A stretch of DNA of 56,443 bases from Nanobdellota archaeon. Its GTDB lineage: Archaea; Nanobdellota; Nanobdellia; SCGC-AAA011-G17; JACPIM01. The position numbers and the translations under genes were made by a program. Under the pieces are notes generated by a model, which worked only from the letters and a program-made list of their open reading frames with translations, was not told where the DNA came from and did not search any database. Each line of letters begins with the position of its first letter. Position 1 is the stretch's first letter. The stretch spans positions 1 through 56,443 of the forward strand of contig JBBSXW010000007.1 of NCBI GenBank assembly GCA_038045665.1, in the 5' to 3' direction. Shown here piece by piece: positions 1 through 9,676 of this stretch.

Positions 1-844
1 TTATATCATGGCCTAATCTATCTTCTACAAAAGTAATTAACGATTCTGGTTTATTAAGGCACGCAAGAATTAACTTAGCGATTTCAATATTTGGTCTCTC
101 TTCGTTGGACCCGATGTTATAAGTCTCTCCTTCTTTTCCTTCATGTAAAACCAAGTCAATTGCGTTGCAGTGATCAAGTACATGAATCCAATCTCTTACT
201 TGTTGGCCATTCCCATACAGAGGCAATGATTTATCCCTCATGGCTCTAGAGGTAAAAAAAGGAATAAGCTTTTCAGGATATTGGAATGGACCATAGTTGT
301 TTGAACAATTAGTTAGTATGACCGGCACCTTATAAGTTTTGAAGTATGCACGACATATTAAATCTGCAGAGGCCTTAGATGCAGCATATGGGGAATTTGG
401 TGCAAATTTTGTTTTTTCAGTAAATGTGTTAGGGTCATCTAAACTAAGGGACCCAAAGACTTCATCGGTAGAGATCTGTACATACCTTTCTATCTTGTAT
501 TTTCTACATAATTCTAAGATTGTGTGGACTCCCAATACATTAGACTCGATAAACCTTCTAGAATCAGAATAGATACTATTGTCAACATGTGTTTCTGCCG
601 CAAAGTTTATTACTGCATCAAAATCATTCTTCTTTATCAAGCCATCTAATTGGCCAAAGTTTGAGATATCTCCCTTTGTAAATGAATATCTTGGATTTTT
701 TTCAACATCACTTAGGTTATCAAGATTACCTGCATAAGTCAATTTATCAAAATTAACAATTTCATAATCGGGATGCTCTTTTAGCATATATCTAACAAAA
801 TTGCTTCCTATAAACCCAGCCCCACCACATACTAAAATTTTCAT
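1..844 (-). CDS. rfbB: dTDP-glucose 4,6-dehydratase (NAD-dependent sugar dehydratase), C-terminal end cut by the window edge
   Basis: Absent from the ORF track because it runs off the window. The minus-strand ATG at 844-842 translates to MKILVCGGAGFIGSNFVRYMLKEHPDYEIVNFDKLTYAGNL..., giving a GxxGxxG Rossmann motif plus the DKLTYAGN signature of RfbB-type dehydratases. The 339..572 + ORF lies antisense inside it. Confidence 0.8.
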   Translation of the reverse strand, partial: MKILVCGGAGFIGSNFVRYMLKEHPDYEIVNFDKLTYAGNLDNLSDVEKNPRYSFTKGDISNFGQLDGLIKKNDFDAVINFAAETHVDNSIYSDSRRFIESNVLGVHTILELCRKYKIERYVQISTDEVFGSLSLDDPNTFTEKTKFAPNSPYAASKASADLICRAYFKTYKVPVILTNCSNNYGPFQYPEKLIPFFTSRAMRDKSLPLYGNGQQVRDWIHVLDHCNAIDLVLHEGKEGETYNIGSNEERPNIEIAKLILACLNKPESLITFVEDRLGHDI

Positions 845-925
845 AAGATCTCCCGTTTACTTAAATGCAATTTTGAATTTATCTATCTTTTTATATAGGT
901 TTCGAAAATTCAATAGGCAAATATA

Positions 926-933
926 TTTAAATA
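926..933 (+). promoter_or_regulatory. Archaeal TATA-box-like TTTAAATA upstream of the GT1 gene
   Basis: TTTAAATA lies about 25 nt upstream of the ATG at 955. The same octamer at the same spacing recurs before other genes in this window. Confidence 0.4.
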
Positions 934-954
934 GGCGCCATATATGTGCGCCTC

Positions 955-2016
955 ATGAAAATTTGTTACGTATATGATGATCTGTTCAATTATCAACAAA
1001 ATCAAAATGTTTTAAAAGGCCTAGAAGAGCATAATATAGATATTATTAGGATAACCTCAAAAAGCAAATATCTAGCTATCAGGAACCTATCAAAATTACT
1101 AAAATTTCTCTTACTAAGAAAAAATTATGATATTATCATAGTAGGCATGATTGGTCAGTTTATAGCACCAATAATTGCAAAACTAACAAAAAAGCCAATA
1201 ATATTTTATCCATTTATATCACTATACAGCACTGTTGTTGAAGATAGGGGATACTTCTCTAAAGATTCTTTACTGGGAAAACTTTCACTGTACTTAGATC
1301 GCAAATCTGTATTGGTCTCTGAGAAGTGTATCTTAGATACTTATGAACATATACGGTATTGGACAGAAGACCTAAATTTACCTAGAGAAAAATTTGAAAG
1401 AGTTTTTGTAGGATCTAATGATGAAATATTTTATCCAAGGCAACGGACTAGAAAAGAAGATGGGGATTTTAGCGTAAGATTCTACGGTAGTTATATCCCA
1501 GCACAAGGAGTTGAAATTATTATTGAAGCAGCAAACGTCTTAAAAAAAGATAATAAAATAAAATTTTCCCTCCTCGGGAAGGGAGGCCCAAATTACGAAG
1601 ACTGTAGGAATCTAGCAAAACAACTAAGGTTAGGTAATATAACCTTTCTTGATACTGTGCCGCTATATGAGCTACCAGACTTCATTAAGAATGCTGATGT
1701 TATATTGGGCATGTTCAGCAGTACAAAAAAATTTAATACTTCAATAGCTAATAAGGTTTATCAAGCATGGGCGATGAAGATGCCCACTATAACTGCTGAA
1801 AGCGATGGATGTAAGGATTTGCTTGTACATCGAGAAAATGCAATGCTTAGTAAACAAATGGATCCAAAGTCATTAGCAGAAGCGATATTAGAACTAAAGA
1901 ATAATCCAGAATTAAGAAATAAAATTGCCATTAACGGCTATAAAACCTTTAAAGAAAATGCAACTCCCGGTATAATAGCCAAGGAGGTTATAGAGATTCT
2001 AGAGAAAGTAATTTAA
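955..2016 (+). CDS. Glycosyltransferase, GT-B fold (family 1/4-like)
   Basis: The ORF is listed as 946..2016. I prefer the ATG at 955 (MKICYVYDD) because of the TATA spacing. The C-terminal half (FYGSYIPAQGVEIIIEAANVL...FSLLGKGG...HRENAML) resembles the Glycos_transf_1 domain. Confidence 0.7.
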   Translation: MKICYVYDDLFNYQQNQNVLKGLEEHNIDIIRITSKSKYLAIRNLSKLLKFLLLRKNYDIIIVGMIGQFIAPIIAKLTKKPIIFYPFISLYSTVVEDRGYFSKDSLLGKLSLYLDRKSVLVSEKCILDTYEHIRYWTEDLNLPREKFERVFVGSNDEIFYPRQRTRKEDGDFSVRFYGSYIPAQGVEIIIEAANVLKKDNKIKFSLLGKGGPNYEDCRNLAKQLRLGNITFLDTVPLYELPDFIKNADVILGMFSSTKKFNTSIANKVYQAWAMKMPTITAESDGCKDLLVHRENAMLSKQMDPKSLAEAILELKNNPELRNKIAINGYKTFKENATPGIIAKEVIEILEKVI

Positions 2017-2017
2017 C

Positions 2018-2899
2018 TTAATATTTGGAGTTTTTCATATCAGCTAAAAACCCAAATAAAATAATCTGAATTCCTATTAGCATCAGTAAAACGCTCAGTA
2101 TGGTTAATGGAATATGTCCTATTCTGTCATATCTTAAAAAAAGATAAAATAACCACAATCCTATTAAAAAACCCGCGGAAAAGAAAAGCATTCCTAATCT
2201 GCCAAAAAATTTTAAAGGATCAAAATCCCTGTATATCCTAAGTATATTGATCCAAGCTTTTAAAGCGTAATCAAACGGATTTTTAAACAATCTACTAGGT
2301 CTCGTTTTCCTGGTATCAATGCCGACTTCGCATACCTTAAAACCAGCTTTAACCGCCTTTATTATTTGTTCTTGAGTATAAGTAAAATTGTTTATTATTT
2401 TTAAGCTGGCAACTTTCCTAGTAAAGGCCCTAAATCCTGTAGTTGTATCTGTTAGTTTCTTACCAATCATCTTGGAAAAAACTTTGGCAAATATTTTATT
2501 ACCAATTTTATTCCCCAGTGGCATTCCAGTAATTTTCCCCAAAAATCTACTGCCAAGAACTAGGTCACAGCCCTCCTCTATCTTTTTGATTAAATTAGGG
2601 ATATCTCTGGCAAAATATTGGCCGTCTGCATCGGTGTGGACTATAACCTCATAATCAGTTTCTAAAAATAATCTCATTTCAGTGCGAAAAGTATCAGCTA
2701 AACCTAAGTTTTGGGGATGAGAATTGACTTTAGCATTTGCTTCTTTAGCTATTTCTGCAGTTTTATCATTACTCCCATCGTCTATAACAAGAATATCATA
2801 ATCATACTTAGTTTTGTCCATAACCTCCCTGATCTCTTCAATTACCCATTTTAATGATTTTTCTTCATTATACGCCGGTATTGAAATTAGTACTTTCAT
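2018..2899 (-). CDS. Family 2 glycosyltransferase, dolichyl-phosphate sugar synthase-like, with C-terminal TM helices
   Basis: MKVLISIPAYNEE...LVIDDGSNDKT...HTDADGQY (GT2 DxD region), followed by two hydrophobic C-terminal helices as in DPM1/GtrB-type enzymes. Confidence 0.8.
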   Translation of the reverse strand: MKVLISIPAYNEEKSLKWVIEEIREVMDKTKYDYDILVIDDGSNDKTAEIAKEANAKVNSHPQNLGLADTFRTEMRLFLETDYEVIVHTDADGQYFARDIPNLIKKIEEGCDLVLGSRFLGKITGMPLGNKIGNKIFAKVFSKMIGKKLTDTTTGFRAFTRKVASLKIINNFTYTQEQIIKAVKAGFKVCEVGIDTRKTRPSRLFKNPFDYALKAWINILRIYRDFDPLKFFGRLGMLFFSAGFLIGLWLFYLFLRYDRIGHIPLTILSVLLMLIGIQIILFGFLADMKNSKY

Positions 2900-3056
2900 A
2901 AAAAGGTCGCCCTAGATGGTCTTTAAATAAATTTCTATTAAGGTTTATTGTTAAGTTAGCGGGTGCTAAACAGAGATAATAAAACTGAGATATAAAGTAA
3001 CCTACACCTAATTTCTTAAAAGACAAATTTTTAAGCTTCTGATTATTGATTTAGAT

Positions 3057-3764
3057 ATGGTCTATAAAGGAAACATCCCTTGGAATAAAGGAAAAACTGC
3101 TTCTGATGAAACTAGAAAGAGGTTATCTTTATCTCATTTAGGAAAATCTTCTGTAATGAAAGGAAAAAGGCACACTTCTGAATCTAAGAAGAAAATGAGT
3201 GAAACCCATAAAAAATTATGGCAAAATCAAGAATACAGGAAAAAAATAGGTGAAGCTCAAAAGAAAGCAATGTCCGATCCTGAATTAAGAAAGAGATTAA
3301 GTGAATCTCATAAAGGCAAACCTTCTTTTAGAAAAGGAAAACATCATTCTGAAGAATATAAAAAGATAATGAGTGAAATACAAAAAAAAGTTTGGTCTAA
3401 TCCTGAATTAAGAAAAAAGCAAAGCGAAACTACAAGAAGAGTAATGTCTAATCCTGAAGTAAAAAAAAGAGTGGGTGAAGCTCAAAAGAAAAGATTTTCT
3501 AGTCTAGAAGAAATAAAAAAGTTAAGTAAAACTTTTTTTAAAAAGGGGCAAACACCTTGGAATAAAGGTTCGAAAGGAGTTATGCCTACTCCATGGAACA
3601 AATATAAAAAAGGTTTGCAAGTTGCTTGGAATAAAGGGCAACAAGGAAAATTCCGCCATTCTAAAGAATCAAAATTAAAAATAAAAGGAATGCGAGCAAA
3701 ACAAGTATTCCCCTTAAAAGATTCTTTGCCAGAAATAAAAATTCATCATTTCTTAGAGCAATAG
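3057..3764 (+). CDS. NUMOD3-type tandem DNA-binding repeats (N-terminal part of a homing-endonuclease-like protein), ends at an in-frame TAG
   Basis: At least 6 copies of the S-E-x-H-K-K/G-K and PWNKG motifs (RKRLSLSHLGKS, SESKKKMSETHKK, RKRLSESHKGKP and others). Confidence 0.65.
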   Translation: MVYKGNIPWNKGKTASDETRKRLSLSHLGKSSVMKGKRHTSESKKKMSETHKKLWQNQEYRKKIGEAQKKAMSDPELRKRLSESHKGKPSFRKGKHHSEEYKKIMSEIQKKVWSNPELRKKQSETTRRVMSNPEVKKRVGEAQKKRFSSLEEIKKLSKTFFKKGQTPWNKGSKGVMPTPWNKYKKGLQVAWNKGQQGKFRHSKESKLKIKGMRAKQVFPLKDSLPEIKIHHFLEQ

Positions 3765-3776
3765 GGCATAACATTT

Positions 3777-4067
3777 TTGAAACATAAATATATCAAAGAG
3801 ATTGAGCATGGTTATCAGTGTGACATCTTCATCCCATCAATGAATCTTATAATAGAAGTTGATGGAGATTATTGGCACGGAAATACGGACAATCCCCGAT
3901 ATAAAATCTTAAATGGTTCTCAGATAAAACAAAGAGAAGAAGATAATCTTAGAACAAAAGAGCTTATAGAAAAAGGCTTCAAAGTATTAAGATTATGGGA
4001 AAGTGATATCAGAAAAATGACTCTTAATGATTTTATCGAGAAGATAAAGCCTTTTGATAAAATTTAA
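3777..4067 (+). CDS. Vsr/DUF559-type PD-(D/E)xK endonuclease domain, same frame as 3057..3764
   Basis: YQCDIFIPSMNLIIEVDGDYWHGN...LRLWESDI matches the D...EVDG..H core of DUF559/Vsr-like nucleases. The listed TTG start is probably artificial because the frame continues from 3765. Confidence 0.65.
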   Translation: MKHKYIKEIEHGYQCDIFIPSMNLIIEVDGDYWHGNTDNPRYKILNGSQIKQREEDNLRTKELIEKGFKVLRLWESDIRKMTLNDFIEKIKPFDKI

Positions 4068-4093
4068 ATAACAGGTTTTATTAAGAAGAAAAA

Positions 4094-4354
4094 ATGATTT
4101 TAACATTAATTGGTCTGTCTTTAAGTTTTATGTGGTCTGCTATGCTTGTTTATGAAACTTGGAAAAACTTGGGTAAATCAGGGCCAGTTTATTTTCAACC
4201 CAATGAGAAATATGGATGGAAAGCTGAAAAATTAGAACCTCAAAGTGATGGATTCCTAAAAAGAGTTACGTATACAAAAGAGGAAAGAAAATTAATTATA
4301 TCCTTATCTTTGTTGAGTTTTGGGTTCTTATTGCAAATATTAGATTTCTTTTAA
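4094..4354 (+). CDS. Small membrane protein, unknown function
   Basis: 86-aa ORF with hydrophobic N- and C-terminal helices and no recognisable motif. Confidence 0.35.
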   Translation: MILTLIGLSLSFMWSAMLVYETWKNLGKSGPVYFQPNEKYGWKAEKLEPQSDGFLKRVTYTKEERKLIISLSLLSFGFLLQILDFF

Positions 4355-4505
4355 GGAACTTTTTGCCCTTCTTATTTTTGATCGCCATCGAACAAAACCA
4401 AGAAAAAATAGCTTCCTCTAAGTTTACAATACACTATTAAGGCGGATTATAACCCTAACAAATAATAGAAAATGTTTAAAAAAGACCATTATCCAGAAAG
4501 AGATT

Positions 4506-6200
4506 ATGGGATGGTTCAAAAAATTGTTTTTTTTGTATATAGGCTTAGTAGTAATTAAAATAATCTTAGTATCTACCGTTTCTGCGCCAAGCAATTTTGC
4601 AGATGGTTATATATATGCAAAGATGGCTAGAAGTTTTTTTTATGCTCAAACTTTTTTGGTTCATGATGAATTAAATTACCTTTATCCTCCGCTATATTCC
4701 ATAATTTTATCCTTATCTTATATTTTTAAGGATATGAACATCGTATATTTTTCAATGAAAGTAATAAATTCTCTTATATCTTCATTAATAATAATCCCGG
4801 CATGGTTGCTCGGAAAAGAATTTCTAAGTGAAAGGAGGGCCTTTTTATTTACAATCTTAGCGTCGGTTATACCCTCTTCTTTTTCAACTACAGTATATAT
4901 TATGTCGGAAAATTTATTCTATGTTCTATTCCTTTTTTTAATATATTTCTTATATAAATCCTTTACAGATGATGGATATAAGTTTGATGTTCTAGCTGGA
5001 TTTTTTTTAAGTCTGCTTCTTATAACAAGAACCATATCTATTTTTTTAATTCCCGTAATCCTTTTAGTTTCGGTAGTTAGCTTGTTTAGAAAACAACACT
5101 TCCAAATTAAAAAGAAATTAGTATTATTACTCACTCTTTTAGTTTCTTTACTCCCATTCATTTCTTCGATTTATCAGCTCTTGATTTCTGAAGTTGGTTC
5201 AAGAGTAAATACAATGAGTTCGCCAGGAGCAGAAACTATCTCGAATTTAAAAGAAGGATTTATGATTAGCTTGTTTACTTGGCCAGTCCTCTATCTCGGA
5301 TTTTTAACCCTTGGAATAGGTATATTATTCTTTATTTTGGCAGCATTCAATTTTAGAGATAGTAAAGACGAGAATTTTTTATATTTTAAATTAATTAGTA
5401 TCTTTTCTTTAATCTTTATTATTTTGTTTGCTACGGGCAATGCAATTAGTTCTGTTGTAAAATATGAATCACTGATGCCGTCTCTTTTAGGGAGACCAAT
5501 TGGCAGGTATGTTGATGGAATTTTGCCACTAATCCTTCTTAATGGATTTATTTGCTTAAACATTTTGAAAAATAAAAGGATATCATTGAAATTCGTCTTA
5601 CCCTTTTCATTTTTATTAGCCGCGAGTGCAATTCTAGTATCTTTTCCTCTTTTTCCATTCAATAATGTTTCTTTAACATTTGTAGGTCTATTGAAGTACA
5701 TATTTGAATACTTGGTTTATAATCAAAAAACCTTTGACACCATTTATCATTTTGGATCAGTTTTATTTTTTGCTATTGTCTTTTTCCTTATCCCAATTTC
5801 TTTCACTTTTTTTAAACTTAATACTAAGAAGATTTTTTATATTTTTTTCACTTTTTTCATGCTGATAAATCTAAGTGTTTTTGCTGTAGAAAATGTTAAT
5901 TCTGATATATGGTATAATAGTGATCAGATGCAGTTAGGATTATGGGTCAATGAGTATGATAGGGACAAGGTGTCAAAAATATTATTCGATGAAGATTACT
6001 TTGGGAAAGCAACAAAAACCGAACAAGACGAATTTTTGGGAGGCAGAGCATATACTATAGCAGGTTTTTGGATGAATGATAATATAAAGTATGGAAATAT
6101 ATCTAACCTTGAAGACTATGATTTTATAGTGACAAAAAAGGATATGGGCCTACCACTCTTAATTGAAAAAGGAAAATGGAAGTTTTATTCTACTAATTAA
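4506..6200 (+). CDS. Polytopic membrane glycosyltransferase, GT-C fold (PMT_2/ArnT-like)
   Basis: 564 aa with more than 10 predicted TM helices followed by a soluble C-terminal domain. It sits in a glycosylation cluster next to aglB. The family assignment is by architecture only. Confidence 0.5.
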   Translation: MGWFKKLFFLYIGLVVIKIILVSTVSAPSNFADGYIYAKMARSFFYAQTFLVHDELNYLYPPLYSIILSLSYIFKDMNIVYFSMKVINSLISSLIIIPAWLLGKEFLSERRAFLFTILASVIPSSFSTTVYIMSENLFYVLFLFLIYFLYKSFTDDGYKFDVLAGFFLSLLLITRTISIFLIPVILLVSVVSLFRKQHFQIKKKLVLLLTLLVSLLPFISSIYQLLISEVGSRVNTMSSPGAETISNLKEGFMISLFTWPVLYLGFLTLGIGILFFILAAFNFRDSKDENFLYFKLISIFSLIFIILFATGNAISSVVKYESLMPSLLGRPIGRYVDGILPLILLNGFICLNILKNKRISLKFVLPFSFLLAASAILVSFPLFPFNNVSLTFVGLLKYIFEYLVYNQKTFDTIYHFGSVLFFAIVFFLIPISFTFFKLNTKKIFYIFFTFFMLINLSVFAVENVNSDIWYNSDQMQLGLWVNEYDRDKVSKILFDEDYFGKATKTEQDEFLGGRAYTIAGFWMNDNIKYGNISNLEDYDFIVTKKDMGLPLLIEKGKWKFYSTN

Positions 6201-6231
6201 TATGTTATAACAAGCAAGTTACAAAGGCGCA

Positions 6232-9033
6232 TTACCTTCTTAGAAGATATAATTCAGGATCAGGATAACTTCTCTGAAGATAATATTCCCTTTCTTCATC
6301 TGTAATAGTAAGATCTTCAGGGTAGCTCACTTTCCAAATCTTTATTGGACCAAATAACCCAACGTCATAAGATCCCAACGGAATTTGACCTTCATTATCG
6401 TAAACTAATTTAAAACCGGGAATTTCTTCACCACCAACATACATCCTAGCAAAAAAAGTTTTAGATACTCTTTCTGATAAATACAAAGAAGAACCAAAGG
6501 GATTTATTTGACTACCTTGAATTCTTGGGATTATGGCTAAACATGCGTTCAGTCCATTAGCATTAAAAGTAAATTTTTGGTTTTGAAAATATATGCATTT
6601 TATTGGAACCTCAATTTGTCTATTTTGGTAAACCAAAAGCGCCCTAGGTTGAAGAAAGGCAGAAGTACCATTTTGTATGGAAACCGGTACTACGAATCTT
6701 CCAATGCCAGCTCCACCGGCAGGAAACAATTCGCCATTAAAAATAAAATTCTCATCTAAACCAGCCCCCCCTGTATAAACAAATACGGTTCCGTCTCTAG
6801 TTTCCTGTGTATTTTGAATATCCAATCCAAAGGCCGGAATGCTAGAAAGCCTATCAAAATTTTGATCAGAACCTATTAAAGAATAGGCTCCGTATTTTCC
6901 GATATCATCAGAAATAGCTAAAAAATGCGTCACATTATGGGCATAAAAAAACTTCATTAGCTGACCTAAATCATCTCCTGTTAAGGCGTATCTGCCCATT
7001 AAATAATTCCACCATCCTATAAAATTTCCTCCATCAGTAACAGTGGATCTTTCAAAACCGCTTTGGACCCAATAACCATAATCCCACCAATGCGCAAATA
7101 CAGCATCTTCTGGCGTATTTTCCCTAGCCCACTTACCTGCCATTTGCCATAGTTGATTGTAGCCAGGACCGATCCCATTAGCTTGATTCATACTTAGTTC
7201 ATAGTATTTGGGAATCAACCCAAAGGAGAAGGGGCTAAATATAACTACTATTATCAGTATAATCCCAAAATATTTTAAGTAATTATTCTTATTTTTCCAA
7301 AAAAAATCAAAAACATAAAAAACAAAAAAAGAACTCACTATGGCTGTAACTAAGGAGAACTCAAATAACAATCTTACTGCGGAAGTTGCCGCAACAATCA
7401 TAACTATAAACCAAAGCAGTATAAAAAAATACTTGCTATCTATCTGATTTATTTGGTTAAATAGTTCTCTGTTTTTATAAAAAGCATAAAGGTAAGCGAC
7501 TATAATAGCGATAATGAAAATTATTGGCGTCCCAAAGAAAGCAAATTTTGAAATTAAAGTTTCTCCATTAAAAATAGAACTTGTAGAATACCTAGAGAAA
7601 ATAAATAAGGATATAAATACACCATACAAGTTGCTTAAAAATAACGGGTAATTTTTTTCCTTAAGAGAAGAGTATATAATGTATGATAGTGGGAAAACGC
7701 CTATAATTATCCCAAAGTTAAATAAAACTGAGCTTTTCTGGAGCAAATATAAGAATAAAAAATAAAAATAAATAAGTAAACTAACTGATAAAATATAGGG
7801 AGTTTTTAATCTATCACTACGCAATAATTTCTTTACAGCCACGTAAAATAAAAAAATGGAGCCGGTTATAAAAAGGAGTACATAAAATTTGCCCATCTGC
7901 CCAAACCAATCAGTGACATAAGGTACATGATTTTCCGCGACTGTTGTTATCCATCTATTGCTAACAAACTGATAAAAGATATTAACTAATCTATCTGGCA
8001 GGGAGAGAAAGAAATTCAATCCTAGTGAGGATAAACCAAAAATAACAACCAAGACTGTACTCACAACAATGCTAAACATACCACTAGGAATAAAATTTAA
8101 CTTTTCTCTTAACCTTAGTATACCTTTATGAAAAATAAAAAAGTGAATTAAAGCTGCTAAGAAAGCAAAAAAAACTGGTGCTGTTGTTAGAGAGGTAAAA
8201 TAAATTACAAGTGGTTTCTCAACATCAGAAAGTATGATTATTAAAAAAACAGTTATAAACCAGCCAATAAACGAATAAAAACTATTATCTTCAAATTTAT
8301 TGAAGAATATTTCAATTAACACAAAAACACCGATAATTAAAAAGATAAATGTTACCAGCCCGGCAGTTTTCAATCCCACCAAAGTAATAATTGCAGATAT
8401 TGCTGCAAAGAGAATATTATAGCGAATTTTTGTTGATTGCCACGCAACAACATAAAAATATAATGCCATAATAGATAACATCATCCCCAAAATGTCATGA
8501 TCTGAACTTCCTCCAAGACTTCTAAATAGAAATGATGGAATGATATTTATAAATAGTACACTAAGCAATGCAATTCGCCAATCAAAAAGCCTTTTTACCA
8601 AGAGGAAGAGAAAAACGCTTAGGATTATTGTTGCTACAATTGGATATATTATATCTGCAAATTCTATAGTTATGCTTGGTATAAACAAATTGAAAATTTT
8701 GAATAAATAAGCTATGAAATATGCCGTGAATGATCCTAAATCGGATAAATCGGCACCAAGCGGAACATTCCTCATTGGATCTATATCAAAAAGCCGACCA
8801 TTTTCAACAACATACTTTGCATACCTCAGCCATAATGTGGAGTCTAATTCTAAAGTAATGTATTTTCCAGTAGTAGTATCAATTAAATTTCTTATTGGTT
8901 TAAATCTAATATTTGCCCCTATCCATATAATTATTGCGAGAAAAACGTATTGTAACCAGTTCTTTTTTTTAATAAAAAATTCTTTTATTCTCTCGCTTCT
9001 CTTATCTAAGACATCGATATTTTCCATCTTCAC
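6232..9033 (-). CDS. aglB: Archaeal oligosaccharyltransferase AglB (STT3 family)
   Basis: 933 aa with a multi-TM N-terminal domain, then the hallmark WWDYGYW motif (AVFAHWWDYGYWVQ) and a large soluble C-terminal domain. Confidence 0.9.
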   Translation of the reverse strand: MKMENIDVLDKRSERIKEFFIKKKNWLQYVFLAIIIWIGANIRFKPIRNLIDTTTGKYITLELDSTLWLRYAKYVVENGRLFDIDPMRNVPLGADLSDLGSFTAYFIAYLFKIFNLFIPSITIEFADIIYPIVATIILSVFLFLLVKRLFDWRIALLSVLFINIIPSFLFRSLGGSSDHDILGMMLSIMALYFYVVAWQSTKIRYNILFAAISAIITLVGLKTAGLVTFIFLIIGVFVLIEIFFNKFEDNSFYSFIGWFITVFLIIILSDVEKPLVIYFTSLTTAPVFFAFLAALIHFFIFHKGILRLREKLNFIPSGMFSIVVSTVLVVIFGLSSLGLNFFLSLPDRLVNIFYQFVSNRWITTVAENHVPYVTDWFGQMGKFYVLLFITGSIFLFYVAVKKLLRSDRLKTPYILSVSLLIYFYFLFLYLLQKSSVLFNFGIIIGVFPLSYIIYSSLKEKNYPLFLSNLYGVFISLFIFSRYSTSSIFNGETLISKFAFFGTPIIFIIAIIVAYLYAFYKNRELFNQINQIDSKYFFILLWFIVMIVAATSAVRLLFEFSLVTAIVSSFFVFYVFDFFWKNKNNYLKYFGIILIIVVIFSPFSFGLIPKYYELSMNQANGIGPGYNQLWQMAGKWARENTPEDAVFAHWWDYGYWVQSGFERSTVTDGGNFIGWWNYLMGRYALTGDDLGQLMKFFYAHNVTHFLAISDDIGKYGAYSLIGSDQNFDRLSSIPAFGLDIQNTQETRDGTVFVYTGGAGLDENFIFNGELFPAGGAGIGRFVVPVSIQNGTSAFLQPRALLVYQNRQIEVPIKCIYFQNQKFTFNANGLNACLAIIPRIQGSQINPFGSSLYLSERVSKTFFARMYVGGEEIPGFKLVYDNEGQIPLGSYDVGLFGPIKIWKVSYPEDLTITDEEREYYLQRSYPDPELYLLRR

Positions 9034-9042
9034 AAAAAATAG

Positions 9043-9615
9043 TTATTCCCTTGATTTTATATTTTCTTTTCCCTTAAAGTAAACAATAAGGAGCAAAAGC
9101 ACTATTGTAATTGACAAGAATAGCCAGTGGACATAACTATTTTCTTCAGGTGGACTTCCTGTAATTCCACTAGTTAAAACGTCTTGTTCTTCTTTGTTTC
9201 TAGGTAACGTAATATCTGACGTTGGTTTGAACAAGGTTATTCTTGCACTATTTGAGTCCAATACTTTATTAAAACCTACATATAAATCACCTGTACCATC
9301 TTGATCCAGATCTAACTTTAAAGTCCTTTTTGGACTTACTGTTATATAGCTAACTTTCTGGTTTCCATCTACAAAAAGAAATACATCTAAATCTACCCCA
9401 TCTTTATGTATTTTTTCCGTGACTATGATATGCCTACCATCTGCAGCACTAAATTCAACTCCCGACCCTTCTCTTAGATCAACCGTCATTACGTCAACGC
9501 CTTCTATATCTATCTTCCTTATTTCTCCTTCTCCAAGAACTAAGTTAACTAATATTATTAATAACAAAAGTGCGTAAATTGTTTTTTTCATGACCTGTTT
9601 CTCTTTAGTAAACAT
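9043..9615 (-). CDS. Secreted, C-terminally membrane-anchored protein, unknown function
   Basis: Signal-like MKKTIYALLLLIILVNLVLG and a C-terminal TM helix WLFLSITIVLLLLIVYF. Confidence 0.5.
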   Translation of the reverse strand: MFTKEKQVMKKTIYALLLLIILVNLVLGEGEIRKIDIEGVDVMTVDLREGSGVEFSAADGRHIIVTEKIHKDGVDLDVFLFVDGNQKVSYITVSPKRTLKLDLDQDGTGDLYVGFNKVLDSNSARITLFKPTSDITLPRNKEEQDVLTSGITGSPPEENSYVHWLFLSITIVLLLLIVYFKGKENIKSRE

Positions 9616-9676
9616 TTATTAAGTTTTCCTAATTTTTTATGACAGTTATTTAAACAGTAGTAATTTCTTCAAGAGA

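Noticed and set aside
3762-3764. TAG recoding (pyrrolysine or sense reassignment) to explain the in-frame stop in the NUMOD3/DUF559 gene
   Set aside because: TAG clearly terminates other genes at positions where the next gene starts immediately or the protein is complete. Examples are lemA at 47507..47509 and the giant gene at 40392..40394. No pyl genes are seen in the window. A pseudogene or a sequencing error is more likely.
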